Assembly (NCBI GenBank): GCA_044892525.1
Contig: CM097887.1
Location: forward strand, 55,428,001-55,492,000
Origin: Schmidtea polychroa
Lineage: Eukaryota
Direction of reading: 5' to 3'
Length of the DNA: 64,000 nt
This document shows positions 24,404-37,412 of this stretch, one piece after another. Every line of letters begins with the position of its first letter. The stretch's first letter is position 1. The translations under genes and the position numbers were made by a program. The notes beneath the pieces were generated by a model. That model searched no databases. It was not told the origin of the DNA and saw only the letters and a list, made by a program, of their open reading frames with translations.

Positions 24404-27400
24404 ATACTATTTCTGTTAATATTTTATTCTTATCGACTTTTTTTTTAATTTGCCAATTCTTTTATAGCGATAATTTACCATAGTAAATTATCGCTATATA
24501 GTTTTTTAATTTTATTTTCTCACGCGCAACACGCGACAACCAAAATAACAAAACGCTACAAATCCTAAATACCAATAAAACTATAGTATAACAATACATT
24601 AATACAGGTTTTTGACTTATCGATTTTACTTAGCAGAGTAAGCTCTCTACACTAGGTTTAGCATTATATTCATTGGTTTTAGGCCTATTTAAAAAGTTAT
24701 GCTTTCATTTACTGTAATAGGCTAATTTAACCACATTCGAAATGACCAAATTATTATTATGCCATTTTTTTCTGAAATTTTTCCGAATTACTTAAAGTGA
24801 GGAAGTTTAATTTGCATATTATATTTATGAATATTGACTTTTCTTTCTTAGCCATGTGAACGTAGGATTGACTGAGACCTTTGTTGTTACTATTTTTAAC
24901 ACGAGATCCCAGTCAACCCTACACATAATTAAATTAATTCTGCAAGAGGTCCACAACCTGCAAATACAAGTTAACAAAATGAATAACGACCCGGAGTGGC
25001 GGTTTGGATGCGCTGTGTATACGGCGTTGTGTATCCGCTTAAAAATATTCTGTGGTGCGCAACTTAGTTGATGAAACTATGTTTGCTTTTAAACTAGATG
25101 TAATTAAGAAAAATGCGGCTACAACCGGCTTTTTGTTCGGCTGTAACTGCAATAGTACGTAACACTAGGGTTCGACGTACCGTGTCGAGTCGACCGGGAA
25201 ATCGAACAACTTTAATAATTAAATATACTCATAGGCATGCCATTTACCATATACCTAAATTCGACTTTTGACATATCATATACTGCACTAACAGTTCGTT
25301 ACAGAAGTCATGTTGACCGAAGAGGCGTACAATTAACTTCAAATACTCAAATTCAATTATAACAAGCTAATTTTAGCAGTCAACTCAGTTGATACTAATT
25401 AAGAATAACTATTGTGGTAAAATTAATATCAAATATCATTATGAGGATCGATAGAGGTCCTTATTCAATACACTTCAACCAAGACTCCGAGAAAAATTAT
25501 CCTAGACAAATTTATTCAAACTCCTAAATCCCGCTAATTCGACTGTAATAAGTATAGAACTTACTACTAAATTTTTACTTACTAAATTTTTTAGATAATA
25601 TTTCCTTGGTTACCATTCAGAACGAGGAATCTAGCCAAAATTTCATAATAGGAAAATATTATCTACATATTAGCCACATACAATAGTGCCGCAAAATAAT
25701 AGTAACTTCCGAGATATATAACACGAGATTCATATCGTAAAGAGAGAGTAATGGATGACAAAATACACCTCTGATTATTTTCACGATTATATTCAGTCAT
25801 TCAAAATAAATTTCCAACGATTAAACATATCGATACTCTGAATATATATCGATATAGAGATTTGCCATATATAATTGGGCAAAGGAGTATAAAACTGCTA
25901 AATAACCTCAATATAAAATACGGACATAACAGAAAATGATTTAGTTTTATTAAGAATCAGAACATTTAATCACTAATCAAGTGCAAGGCGTAGTCCATTA
26001 CAATTGGTATATCATATCTCATTTGCAAATGTATATTCTCCACTGTTGAGCATCTCTTTATAATAGAAAACACGAATGAATACATTCTTTTTAATTACAG
26101 AATGGGTACTTGGCTGATGAAAACACCGAGATCAGCATTTAATATTTTGCGCCTGAATCATTTGGAGATTTCGGGTCACATTTTAAATATTCGACTCGTT
26201 CGGCAATCTAAGGGATTTTGGACATTATAAAATCCAAATTCCAATCTTCGTTCTTTAAACGATAAAGGGTACAACCTCTTGCAGGTGCCGCTTTTAACAA
26301 TTGCAACTGAGGGGAAAGTGTGGAACTCAGGTACATTTGCCTAGTGTAATGGATATTAGCGGCATTGCACACAAAAAGTTCTTAAAACATTGATTAAATA
26401 TTTCTGTAAATAAAACGAAATACTTAAACAAGCCGACTTAACAATATTTAAGTTAACTGTTAAAATAAGGAAAAGTTAATTTAAATTTAATTCAAAATTG
26501 TTTGTAAAATTAATTGAATATTAAAATAGACTTAAAATTATTTTGAATCTAATAAGATATTAAATTAAATATAAAATTACTTTAAATTTACTATAGTAAT
26601 ATAGCTAACTTAGAATTCAGGGATAGGTTATAAAAACCGGATTGTATTTAAGGTGAAATCGATGTAGAACTATCATAACAACACAGAATCAATCAAAACT
26701 TAGGCTAAGCATAATAATAGACAAAAGCAAATACAAGGTAACCAGAGAAAATTAGATGTATGTAGATGAAATCACCCAGAAGTAAGATGGCAAGTATTTG
26801 CGTAGTTCTTTACTTAGTGGGTAGATAATGATATTACACTAAGAGTCGAATTATAGGAAATTGATTATCGGTGAAGGAGCCTATTTGAACCCATTTGAGT
26901 ACCTGGAAATTATAGTATACAAAGATATACCCACTTCTTGCTGGTACTCATCCACTTGATATAGTTCCAACGTTGATCACTCAACGGCTATCAATTGGTA
27001 TCATTGTATTCTGGGTTACGTCGGAAACAGCACGAACGGTGAAAATGTGGTCTACCTGTAACACCAATAGTTATTATATCCGACGTGATGATGACAGAAA
27101 ACTGTCAAAATATATCGTGAAATGAATGTCTGACTGGCGATTTCTTATAATTAAATCATTGCCATTTATGTTTAATTATTTATAAATTAAAGATATTTTA
27201 AAAAGGATTGCGAGAATATAATAAAGAAAATTAATTAAGTAAATAAATGATTTCCACAATGTTTATTTTTAATTTATTGTGATTTGCTAAATTCATTAAC
27301 CTTTCATTACTTTATACAGAAAATTTTGTTAAATAAAACAATTGACTGAAATTTGTACCTATTGTAAAGTATAGTTCCAGAAATCCACAAACGTGTAGGG

Positions 27401-30400
27401 TAGATGAGGTTTAATACTAGTTGTTGGTCTTTTTCAATGTGAGAAGAAAGTGAAAACCAACGTTCATTAGAGTAATTGTCCGAACTCATCAAGATTCTAT
27501 CCGACAAAACTGGAGTGCTGAGTACGTTTAATATCGACACAATATTTGTAATCAATTAGTACGAATAAACGACCAAAAGAAAATCGCGAATAAGTAACGC
27601 TGGAATCATACATTTTCTCACAGCCTCACATTATAAAGTATAACAAATGAGAATACAGGTGGTTAATGGCTCCCGGTAACAGTTGAAACAGCTGTTTTGA
27701 TTTATAAATCCGACCCATTAGAAATATTGTTCATATCCCTATCAATATTTGTCACCAGAAAATCTTTTGCTGAATGAACTGTCAAAAGTTTGCTTTGTTG
27801 AAAGGCTCTTATCATCTCTATAGGTTAACAATTTGAATCCTATTTCGTCAGAGAAACCCGATAAGTTGTATGTTGCCCATAAATTAACCCCTTCCAATGG
27901 AGTTGGCCGCATAAAATTAATAGGTTGATAAGAAATGTCAATAGAAAATAGAAAATTTTCTTTAAAGCTGTGTCTCCGACTCTTGTAGGCCTCTCAAGTT
28001 CGTGGATGGTTTCTGGTTATCCGGTTATCTTGATTATATGGCATTTTCTTGCAAATTCCAAGTAGATAAACGATTATTTTGTTGACTTCCTCTGATTAAA
28101 TGAATGCACCAACTGTGTGTGCACTCCGGGGATTTTCCTTCTCTGCAGAATGGATCTTGTCGACGTAGCATTAATGCTCTATCTCAGTGGATCGCTGGGG
28201 TCTGACCTTATCTTACTTATTTAATTCCTTAAAGTTAGAATTAAAATTTAGGTTTTGATAATTTTGAAGGGGATCTGCCCTTATTTTACCCACGGTAGCA
28301 TTATTATCTGTGCTGATTCATTAATTAATGTTTTTTTGTATGTTGTGATGATTTTGCATCGATATGGTTTAAATGCTCCTTTCTCTCAGAACGCTGGACG
28401 TCCTACATATTGAAACACTGGTCTGAATGTCGATTTTGTTTATGTGGTCTTACTGCGATATAGATTTATTATTATACAAGAAAGAAATCAAAATTGTTCA
28501 TCACACACGGGTCACTGTGTGACGAACTCTTAGTGTTGTATGTTTATACCCTGTAGTTACGATCAAACCAAAAGCCGGTCGCAGTTCCCGATCTAATTAT
28601 AAGTAATTTAATGACCTAGGTTGTTGTGAATTTGTACTAGAAGTAATTTCTCTTGGGCATCGAATCGTCGGCTTGCGGATGAAAAATTATAAAACTTGAA
28701 CGCATGCTTACTAAGGCCGTCAAACAATTTATATGAATGTGGCGATCACCAAAATAATCCAAATTATGTCGAATCATCCTACAAAGAATCCAAACAATTG
28801 GGTTAATATTAATAATTGTTATATTAATAATGGTTATTGTTAAGTTAATAAGTTCTTATTATATTTGTGTGTGTTATGAAATTTGATGAGCCCGAAAGAG
28901 TCACCGTTAAAAATGTGGCGGGACAATCGGGGTGCGTGTTATGTATGTTTACAATTTAAATAAAAGCAGAAATAAAATTAACAATAACCAATAATAACAC
29001 TTATTAAAAGCAAAATAAAAAACCTTGATATTCTTCTTGAACACAATTTAGTCCAACTTCGCGATTTAATAGTTTATTCCACTTGATTCCAGTTTCTTCT
29101 TGTTCATATAGTTTTCATAATTCTCTTGTATACAATTTAAATTCTATAATAATTTTCAATTTTGTTATTGATTTTTTTTTCTATAGCGATAGTTTACTAA
29201 AGTAAACTATTGCTATATAGTTTTTTTTAATATTTTTTATTTCAGACAATTAAAAAATGTAAAATGCTACTACAGTTATATTAATAATGGTTCGATCTTT
29301 GATCGAAGGCAGATAACTAATTAATTCTCTATGAACCGAGTTAAAATAGTTATTTTCTGCAACGATTGGAAAAATGATTAATGAAATATAAATGGAAATG
29401 TCAGATAAATAATTGTAAATGAGCCTTTTTGAAGGCAGAATTATATCTTGGAATTGCTGCAGCAATATCGCATAAGCTCGAAACTTCGAGTTTTTTATGG
29501 ATTCATATATAAATTACCACCAGTGCGAAATGTTCTTGATCGAAACTAGAACAAGCAATTTAGTGAATGAAACTGCTAAGGAAAAATCGAATAATAGTTT
29601 TCTGTAGCATTCATAATGCTCGGAATGTCGGCATAATTCAGAAACCAACAATAACCATTCGGAAGAAAGACGATTGTAAATAATGATGAAAACTGAAATT
29701 CCAAATTGAAAAATTATGTTCACAAAAATAAAATAATAATAAAATTGTTAAAACAAATAAGTTTTATTATCTAGGTAATAAACGAAAATACATATTTATA
29801 TGCTAAAAATAAAGTTTAAAACTTAGCAGTGAGTTGGGAGCACAGACGCATTGCACTTTTCCTGTTTTCTACCAAGAAAATTTTGCCAACTTCCAACCAA
29901 TTCCTCAGAGATATGGTTACCTGAGTAATATTGTTGGTCGTATCATTCAAGCTTCATAAATGTCGGCTTCGTACTCTCATCATCACATATTTGTGGGCGA
30001 TCTCCCAATGTATTGCCAAAACTTCCGTTGTCCAACTATCATATCTCTCGTTAAATCTAATTTCTAGTGGCTTCGACATACCCTTGGCATATATCTTCAC
30101 TATTCATGCCTTTTCCAAATCAACATTCTTCCAGCATATTGAGTATCATTGATATTCGTAAATCCTAGGCGATGTCACTGATAGAAACTACCCAAAACAT
30201 TTCATATAAATCATATATTTGCATGAAGAGAAAAAGGATTTAGTAACAATTAATTTATTAAATTTATTTGATTATCATACTATTCATAATAACTTGTAAT
30301 GGAATAAATAAAAATGAATAAAAGAAAGTTTACATTTTTCCTTAATATTCGATACGATTTCAAGTTTTGCTTCGATCGGTGAGTTCTGATAGAGTATCGT

Positions 30401-30729
30401 TGGGCTGATCGGTGGCTAAGTCTGTATAGAATTTTGTAGAATTTAAAAAATTATGAACAAAATAAATTTTTACCTGTATAGAATTTTGTAGAATTGAGGG
30501 AACTAATCAAGTGTTTCCTTATATAGTAAATTTAGTCCAATCAGGACTTAGCTTGTGTGTAAATTGATGTTTTATCTTATTTCTTGTGTTTTTAATCATT
30601 TTCTTAGTTAATTATTTATTTTTCTTGTTAATTTATTAAATAATTTAATTCTTTATTTTCCTCCTATTTTCTGCTAAGTTCTGATAATTTTGTTTGTAAT
30701 TTTTTGATTTATTTTTTCTTTGTTTTAAT

Positions 30730-31455
30730 TTATAGTTTTATAAGACAGGTATTGATCAGCCAAATCAACACCATTCATATAGATATTGTAATCTTTCTTA
30801 ATTTTTCTGGCTTTCTTATCATTTCACCAGTTTTTCGATTAATTTTACCGGTTTCTACTAGTCTCGCCTGGTGTATTGTTGAAATCATTCTGACATATCT
30901 TTTATCTTTCCATACATGAATTAAAATATCATTTTTTTCTACGGAAAACATGTTGACCTCTTAACTTAATTTTTCTTATATCTTGAGGTAACCCGCTATT
31001 TTCTCTTATTGTACCAAAAATTCTTCTTGAAGAGTAACTGCTCCGCTATTTCAACATTATTTTAATAGTTGTCCATGTAAACATGGTGCCAAATATTTTC
31101 ATATTTATCTAAGAGAATGTTTACGAGATTTTTGTACGCAACTTTTTTCCACTACCGCTATAGAATTTAAAGTTAGTTATGTATCCACTTTTAGACTCGC
31201 AAAGCATTCTGACAAGCATCCCATATTTATTAATCTTTCCTTAGTTGTAAACACGGAAACTTAGCCAGCCTCTGTAGGGTATAATGCCTCACCCAAAGAA
31301 AGATTTTGTTTTGGTTTATAAACTGTATAAAATTTATTTAAAAAATATTCTACTACTGGTTCAATTTTAAAGAGTCTATCTGCGTTTTCAGTCATTTCAT
31401 CATTATTACAAAAATTTAACGATTGTAATATTTGCCTGAACCGATTTCAAGGCAT
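30730..31455 (-). mobile_element. piggyBac (PGBD4-like) transposase central fragment, inactivated
   Basis: NRFRQILQSL...DRLFKIEPV...YKPKQNLSL(G)E...KYGMLVRMLCESKSGYI...HHVYMDNY...WKDKK...YNIYMNGVDLADQYLSY, with frameshifts. Confidence 0.9.
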
Positions 31456-32011
31456 GACTTCAAAAACAATTAAACCTACTTACAAACAACCGAGCTTCCA
31501 TTGCTCGCGTCTGTGTGCGCACACCAACAATATTCGGTCTAACCAGACCGCGCACACAGATGCCATAGAAAAACTANNNNNNNNNNNNNNNNNNNNNNNN
31601 NNNNNNNNNNNNNNNNNNNNNNNNNNNNNNNNNNNNNNNNNNNNNNNNNNNNNNNNNNNNNNNNNNNNNNNNNNNNNNNNNNNNNNNNNNNNNNNNNNNN
31701 NNNNNNNNNNNNNNNNNNNNNNNNNNNNNNNNNNNNNNNNNNNNNNNNNNNNNNNNNNNNNNNNNNNNNNNNNNNNNNNNNNNNNNNNNNNNNNNNNNNN
31801 NNNNNNNNNNNNNNNNNNNNNNNNNNNNNNTTATTATTTCATTATTATTAGTATAAGGCCAAAGTGCCAATTAATGAATTATTATTATGGTAGCTTTTGA
31901 GACAAGGAAGGCTAATTATAATAATTATTAAAAATTATGGTACTCTACCATAATAAATAAATGATTAATAAATGAATAGATTCGAGGACGAATCTTAATT
32001 AAAGGGAGATA

Positions 32012-33559
32012 TGTTGGGGAAGCGCAAAAACCAAAAATTCATATATAAAAGGAAAGCATAACAAAAATGGGTAAAAGCAATAAAAAAAAAATCAATATTG
32101 AACGGGATATCGGGTATGGTTGAACGCCAGATTGATAGACGAGTTCAGAAATTATAATTAAAATTTAATAAGGTGTTGACAAGGAAAGTTAAGGCGAAAA
32201 AACAAATTAATTAAAATTAATTAATTGGTAATGGAAAACTCGAGCCCATGGGAAACCCGAGCGCTGTAGAAAACCCGATGCGCAGTGAGACCCGAGAAAC
32301 AAGATTAAAGAGAGAATATTTTGACCCATAATCAAGGGTAAACAAATTCTTATTGGAATTTTCCAAAATTTCAATCAATTTATTCGTTTCCAATAAGATT
32401 TCTTCAAGCATTTTTGATTGACATTTCATTACAATTCCGGATATTAACTCCAGAATTTAATATATTTGGATAATTTACAAAATTTTTTGGTGGTGTTTTA
32501 TTCCATACCATACCTGATTTAGACGTAAACGTATCTTCCAAGTCAAGCTCTGAATTCGAATCAAGTGATTGAATTGATATATTATCGTCGTTTTCAGATA
32601 AATCTCCATCACCTTATATTTTCGAATTCGATGTCACTGTCGTAAAAATCAGGATCAGAACTTTTATGTTCCATTTTTGATACCAAATAGTAATATTGAT
32701 AATAATAACAATTGAAAAACACGTGAAAAAATTAATTATAATAATGACTATATTTGTAGAATAATTATAAAGAAATAATTAAAAATAATTGTAATGAAAA
32801 TATAAAACAAAATTATCGATAAATGATTGACTAAAACTAAACTAAAAATTAGAACGAATAATACAACTAAATATAAATCTTACTGACCAATGGTATATGC
32901 GATAATGCGTGGTGTATGTACTCTCCCCCACTCTATATTATTTGGAGGTTGCATTGCCATGCTTCACGATTGCGTGCCTGTCAGTGCGAGCTCAATTATA
33001 CATATAACATATGTTTTGTTTCTCTTTTTATAACTCTTTTTTAGCCAATAATTTTAAGTCGGTCAAAATGACCGGCTTGGTATGCGATGTTCTAAAATGG
33101 CTTGGTAAATGGCGGGTTAAAGTAATCAAAAACCCTCAAATATTGATTTTGGGCCCCGGAGAAATAATTTAGATCAATTTTATAGATAATTGGCCTCTTA
33201 TGAACAGTATAAAAAGAGAGCTCAGAAGTGAACAAGCCGCCAGTTGGTCGAAGAAAAGGAAACGAAAAATTTAGCGAGAGTAACAAAGAAAACCTTGAAG
33301 TTAGTGTCAATTGAATAATTTAAATCGAGCGTACCAGAAAGGGACATCTTCCATTGGAAGATTCATCCCTACGTAAGATTTCCAGTAGTATTGAAAGGTG
33401 CAAAAGGAAGTTGTATCAAGTGTGGTGGAATCAAATAAAAAGTGTAACAAAAGTGGAATTGTATTAGTCTCGAATAAAGATTTTGTGTTGGGTGTTTAAC
33501 TTATTTTCAAAGGACACGAAGGAGTCAGACATGATACTGACTTGCACAAATACCCAACA
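32012..33559 (+). mobile_element. Solo LTR (copy A), interrupted by a piggyBac 5' fragment
   Basis: Termini TGTTGGG...CCCAACA; TATAAAAAG near 33208; AATAAA near 33474; homologous to 46379-47599; no PBS or internal ORF adjacent. Confidence 0.7.
32350..33116 (-). mobile_element. piggyBac 5' end and N-terminal transposase fragment
   Basis: End reads TTAA|CCCGCCATTT on the minus strand (TTAA at 33117-33120); acidic N-terminus, then FTSKSGMVWNKTPP...MLEEILLETN. The other end is missing. Confidence 0.7.
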
Positions 33560-34627
33560 ATACATATATTTGATAAATATAATTATTATTTGATGTTCAG
33601 GATTTTATTGAGAGGTTGTTTTTATTTTTTTTGTGCCGAGGGATTTTAGAGGGTGCCAGTTGGTTAGATGCCTTGTGCATTTATTCTGGTGGGATCCTCG
33701 AGAGTCTTAAGCACCGGCCGGTTGAATCCGTCGAAGGCGGGTTCGTCGCTTATAGTATATAACAGTAGGAAATCGCATCTTGAGACGATGTAGTATGAGA
33801 AACAAATATCATGACAATACTAATGAAACTGAGTTTTCAGAGAATGTAGTAATCTTCGCAGAGTTTTGTAATACGAAATAATAGAAGAATTGATGTGACA
33901 CTAGGGATGATGATGATAGTATAATGTAGTAAAACTGTGTATGCTGCGAGATTTGTGAATTTACCGTCAACACCGAGAATTAATGTATGATACTGTGATG
34001 ATGAGGAATCTAGGTACATCCACATTGTTAGCTTCCGACGAGCTTTGAGGTATAATCCTGCAAGTTAGAGAATCATTTTATCCACCATCGTTAGAATTCC
34101 AGATGTCTACAAAAAATTTCACTTGTTAAATTATCCGATACAAATTCAGTAGAGCGAGACGACATGTCAATACTTAGACATAATAATCCACTTTTCAGTT
34201 TTCCTACATGCATAACATATGATAATTCGACAATTAACATCATTTCGAATCTTACGTAGCGAATAGTCAGGAGTACATCTAACATGAACGTCTGATGTCT
34301 ACAAAAATTTCCTCAAGTAACATTCACCAGTTCAGCGTACAATTTTCGACGATGAGCGAGGTTAATAACGACATAAACAGTGGATATAACTGACTATCAT
34401 ACAGAGTCTGGGTCAACCTGACAAAGTATTGGTAAACCTGATTGTTTCGAATATAATCCACATGATTCTGAAACGAACGCACCATCGACTTCCGTTATAT
34501 AGAAAATAACAAAGGCGATGAATTATCCAGGGGATAATTGGGTAAAAATAATTCACCTGTCCAAATTATGGGATTTGGCATTGTTAATCGTCTAATAACA
34601 CAAATTCTCCACTAGTTCTTTTTAGTC

Positions 34628-35525
34628 TTAACTTCTGTTATTTCCTATGAATCCATTTACTACATGTCGAAATGCTTGCCACGCCATCTTTTCTAAACTA
34701 GACATTTCTAAGTCCTCGGACTCCAATATGCAACGTATCTGTGGTCCAGTGAAAACACCGACTTTCAGTTTTGCATCCGATAACTTAGGAAACATGGGAC
34801 ATATGTACTGGAAAGCTGGTGACTTCGAATCCAGTGCCTTAATGAATTGTTTGGTTAGTCCAACTTTGATATGCAAGGGTGGTAGCAGAACCCTCTCTGC
34901 CAAAATCAAATTATCACGAATTACATTGTATTTACCAGCTGTTAGGTCCGTGCTTGCAGGCCAGTCTCGAGTAACATAGTGTTGCTTTGACGCTCTGTTT
35001 CAGTCTGGATGTCAATATTTCGACTCCAGACTTTGATAAACCTAGGTGTCGCACCAAATCATTCATTTCGCTTTGGTTTGGAAAATGTGGCTGTTCGGAA
35101 AGTGGCGGACACCACTCTTCTGATTCATCTGTAGAACTACAATTGTCGGACAGATACGATGATGATGTTGATGGAATGCGAACTGGCAGCTGATCATTAT
35201 GTGGATTTGGCGCAATTGATGATATGTTAGGATATGTTAGCTTCGATCTACCCGTGGTTCGTTGGTTCTCTCCACACGCGAGAAATGGCAAATGGCATGC
35301 ATTTTCGTTCTCCCCGTAGCTAGCACTCCAAAGTTGATCTGCAAGTACCACAGGATACATGAGGAGCCAATTTCTTGTCTTGATCACCTATTTGGATCCC
35401 GAAGTACGCAGCATATCCGGTCCATAGCTTGGTCCCACGCAATAATTGATGTTTTTGCCCAATATAGTAGCCACAAATATGACAAAATTAGTCAGAAGAT
35501 TGTTTACAATTTCGAGAAGATCCAT
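34628..35525 (-). mobile_element. Chapaev3 (CMC) transposase remnant with internal deletions
   Basis: FCHICG...YFG..IGDQDK.LAPH..C..C...VWREPTNH; F.NQSEMNDLVRHLGLSK...LTSRLK; LPPLHIKVGLTKQFIKAL...FPKLSDAKLKVGVFTGPQIR. Confidence 0.8.
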
Positions 35526-36779
35526 AATTGTGTTAAACAATATCCTATCAAAAAATAAAAATAGCAAAAATGCATATTAAAAACAATTTCAGTGAAACAG
35601 ATTAACTTCAATAACAAAACAACGCGAGACGCTAGATAAAAACTAATAAAAACTGATATTTGAATTCAGAGGTTAGATTTGTTGAGGTCTCGTTAATCGA
35701 AAGCTCCAACCTTACTGGTTCTTATATATAAGAGAATGACAAAGATATAAAACTGTTTAAAATGTTTATTAAAAATCAAAAATTTACCAAATTGAATATA
35801 CAATTTTCTTTCAAATTAAAAGTTCGATTCGTCAGACAATGCGTGCAAATGTGTAAGTGTGTGACTGTTGTGCTATGTTGTGTGTGATTTTTAGACTTTT
35901 CTGTAGTGTCCGTCTGAGTTTAAAATCTAATAAGGATTTACCTTTTTAGATTATGTAAAAAGCGGTTTTAATTTTGGGCGAAGAATAGTGATTTTACGTC
36001 GCTATTTATACTATTTTCTATGCTTCCTCTTAATATCAAATTTAAATTAATATATTTCCTATCTGTGTTCAAATATGGTTAATTGATATTATTAAAAATG
36101 TGTTAATTACCATTATTATGTCGCAATATACTGCTTAAAATATGTTAATTATTATTATAAATGCGTCGTTCTGAATTCTTAATTACTTTTATTATAAAAC
36201 ATATGTCTAATTTTTTAAGTATTTTTGCTTATTAATTTTGAGTATTGGGAAAAATGTGTTTCGTTATTTTAATTGCCACTTCAAAAAAATATGTTAGAAT
36301 TTAATTGCTATTTTACTTTAATGAACCACCTAATAATTAATTAAATTCCCAAATATATATTTATATTAAAATGTATATGAATAGTATTAAAGATGTACAT
36401 GAAGGAATACACATAAACCAAAAATAAAAATAAATAAGTCATAAGGATCAAATGAAATGTCAATGATAATTATAATAATAGGTCAAATTATATATCAAAC
36501 TGAATAACAAAGATTTTAACAGTTATATTTATAATATAGTCACTACTAGATTGAATTGGATTGCAAAACTCTCTGGGCTGAATTGGGTTGGATTGAGAAA
36601 TATGATGTTATGAGGGCTCTATATAAACATTTACCCTGTATTTATTTGGACCCACTGTATAATATTTAGTGAGCTCGAACTCCCTTATTGCTCGTCCCAT
36701 GTTATCCAACAGATTTACTATAGAAATGCTCTCAAAGTAACAGAACTATTTTTTTGTTTTGTGGTGTCATAGGGAATAA

Positions 36780-36960
36780 AGTTCTTATTTTCCGGTTTGT
36801 GACTAACTGAATTGCCAATTCTTTAATATTAGTGTCCATAATTTCAAGAACTCAATATTTTCTTTTAATGTTACCTCGAGGTTTGCCTCGATTATTCTTT
36901 AATTTAATAAATCTGGACCACATAATTTGTCCCTCCTAATCGTAATGGGAATCTAATGGA
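36780..36960 (-). mobile_element. Possible Merlin (IS1595/ISXO2-like) transposase fragment
   Basis: LGGTNYVVQI...KNNRGKPRG...*VLEIMDT...LVTNRKIRTLFP resembles Merlin LGG.G..VQIDES...KYNRGR...WVLG..D...V.DR..TL.P. Confidence 0.4.
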
Positions 36961-37412
36961 ACCTAAAATTAATATTAATGTACATTTTACTCTAAACTTT
37001 GTACCATTTGATTGCGATTTTGGGATTAATACTTGAATTTCCAGAACAGAAACAGGAGTTTTATAACTCCACTCATATAGAATAATTAATATATTTAAAA
37101 GAAATTTTAGAACCTTCCATAAAAGAATTCACCGTAACGTCCGTTTGGTAATCGTTTTTCTCTTTTTTATTTTGAACCTGTCAATGCTAGAGAAATCCGT
37201 TTTGATTAGTTACTTTTTTCACTTATCTCATTTATTTAGAACAATATGAAAACAGCTGTATAGATTTGATCAAATTTTAATGCATAAAAAACTAGATTGT
37301 TTTTTCATTATCTGCTAAAATTACACTGAGATTAGAGCATCCAATACCGGTCAATTTTTTTGATCCCGGGATTTCGGTACTAGATTTTTTCAGTACCGGG
37401 TTCCCGGTACTG

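Noticed and set aside
31454-31900. ORFs spanning N runs (also 52952-53883)
   Set aside because: They are gap artefacts; only the 53386-53599 PolB-like part is supported.
33830-34600. Cadherin or extracellular-like decayed frame (also FN3-like bits at 26900-27950)
   Set aside because: No diagnostic motif can be assembled, and stops are frequent in all frames.
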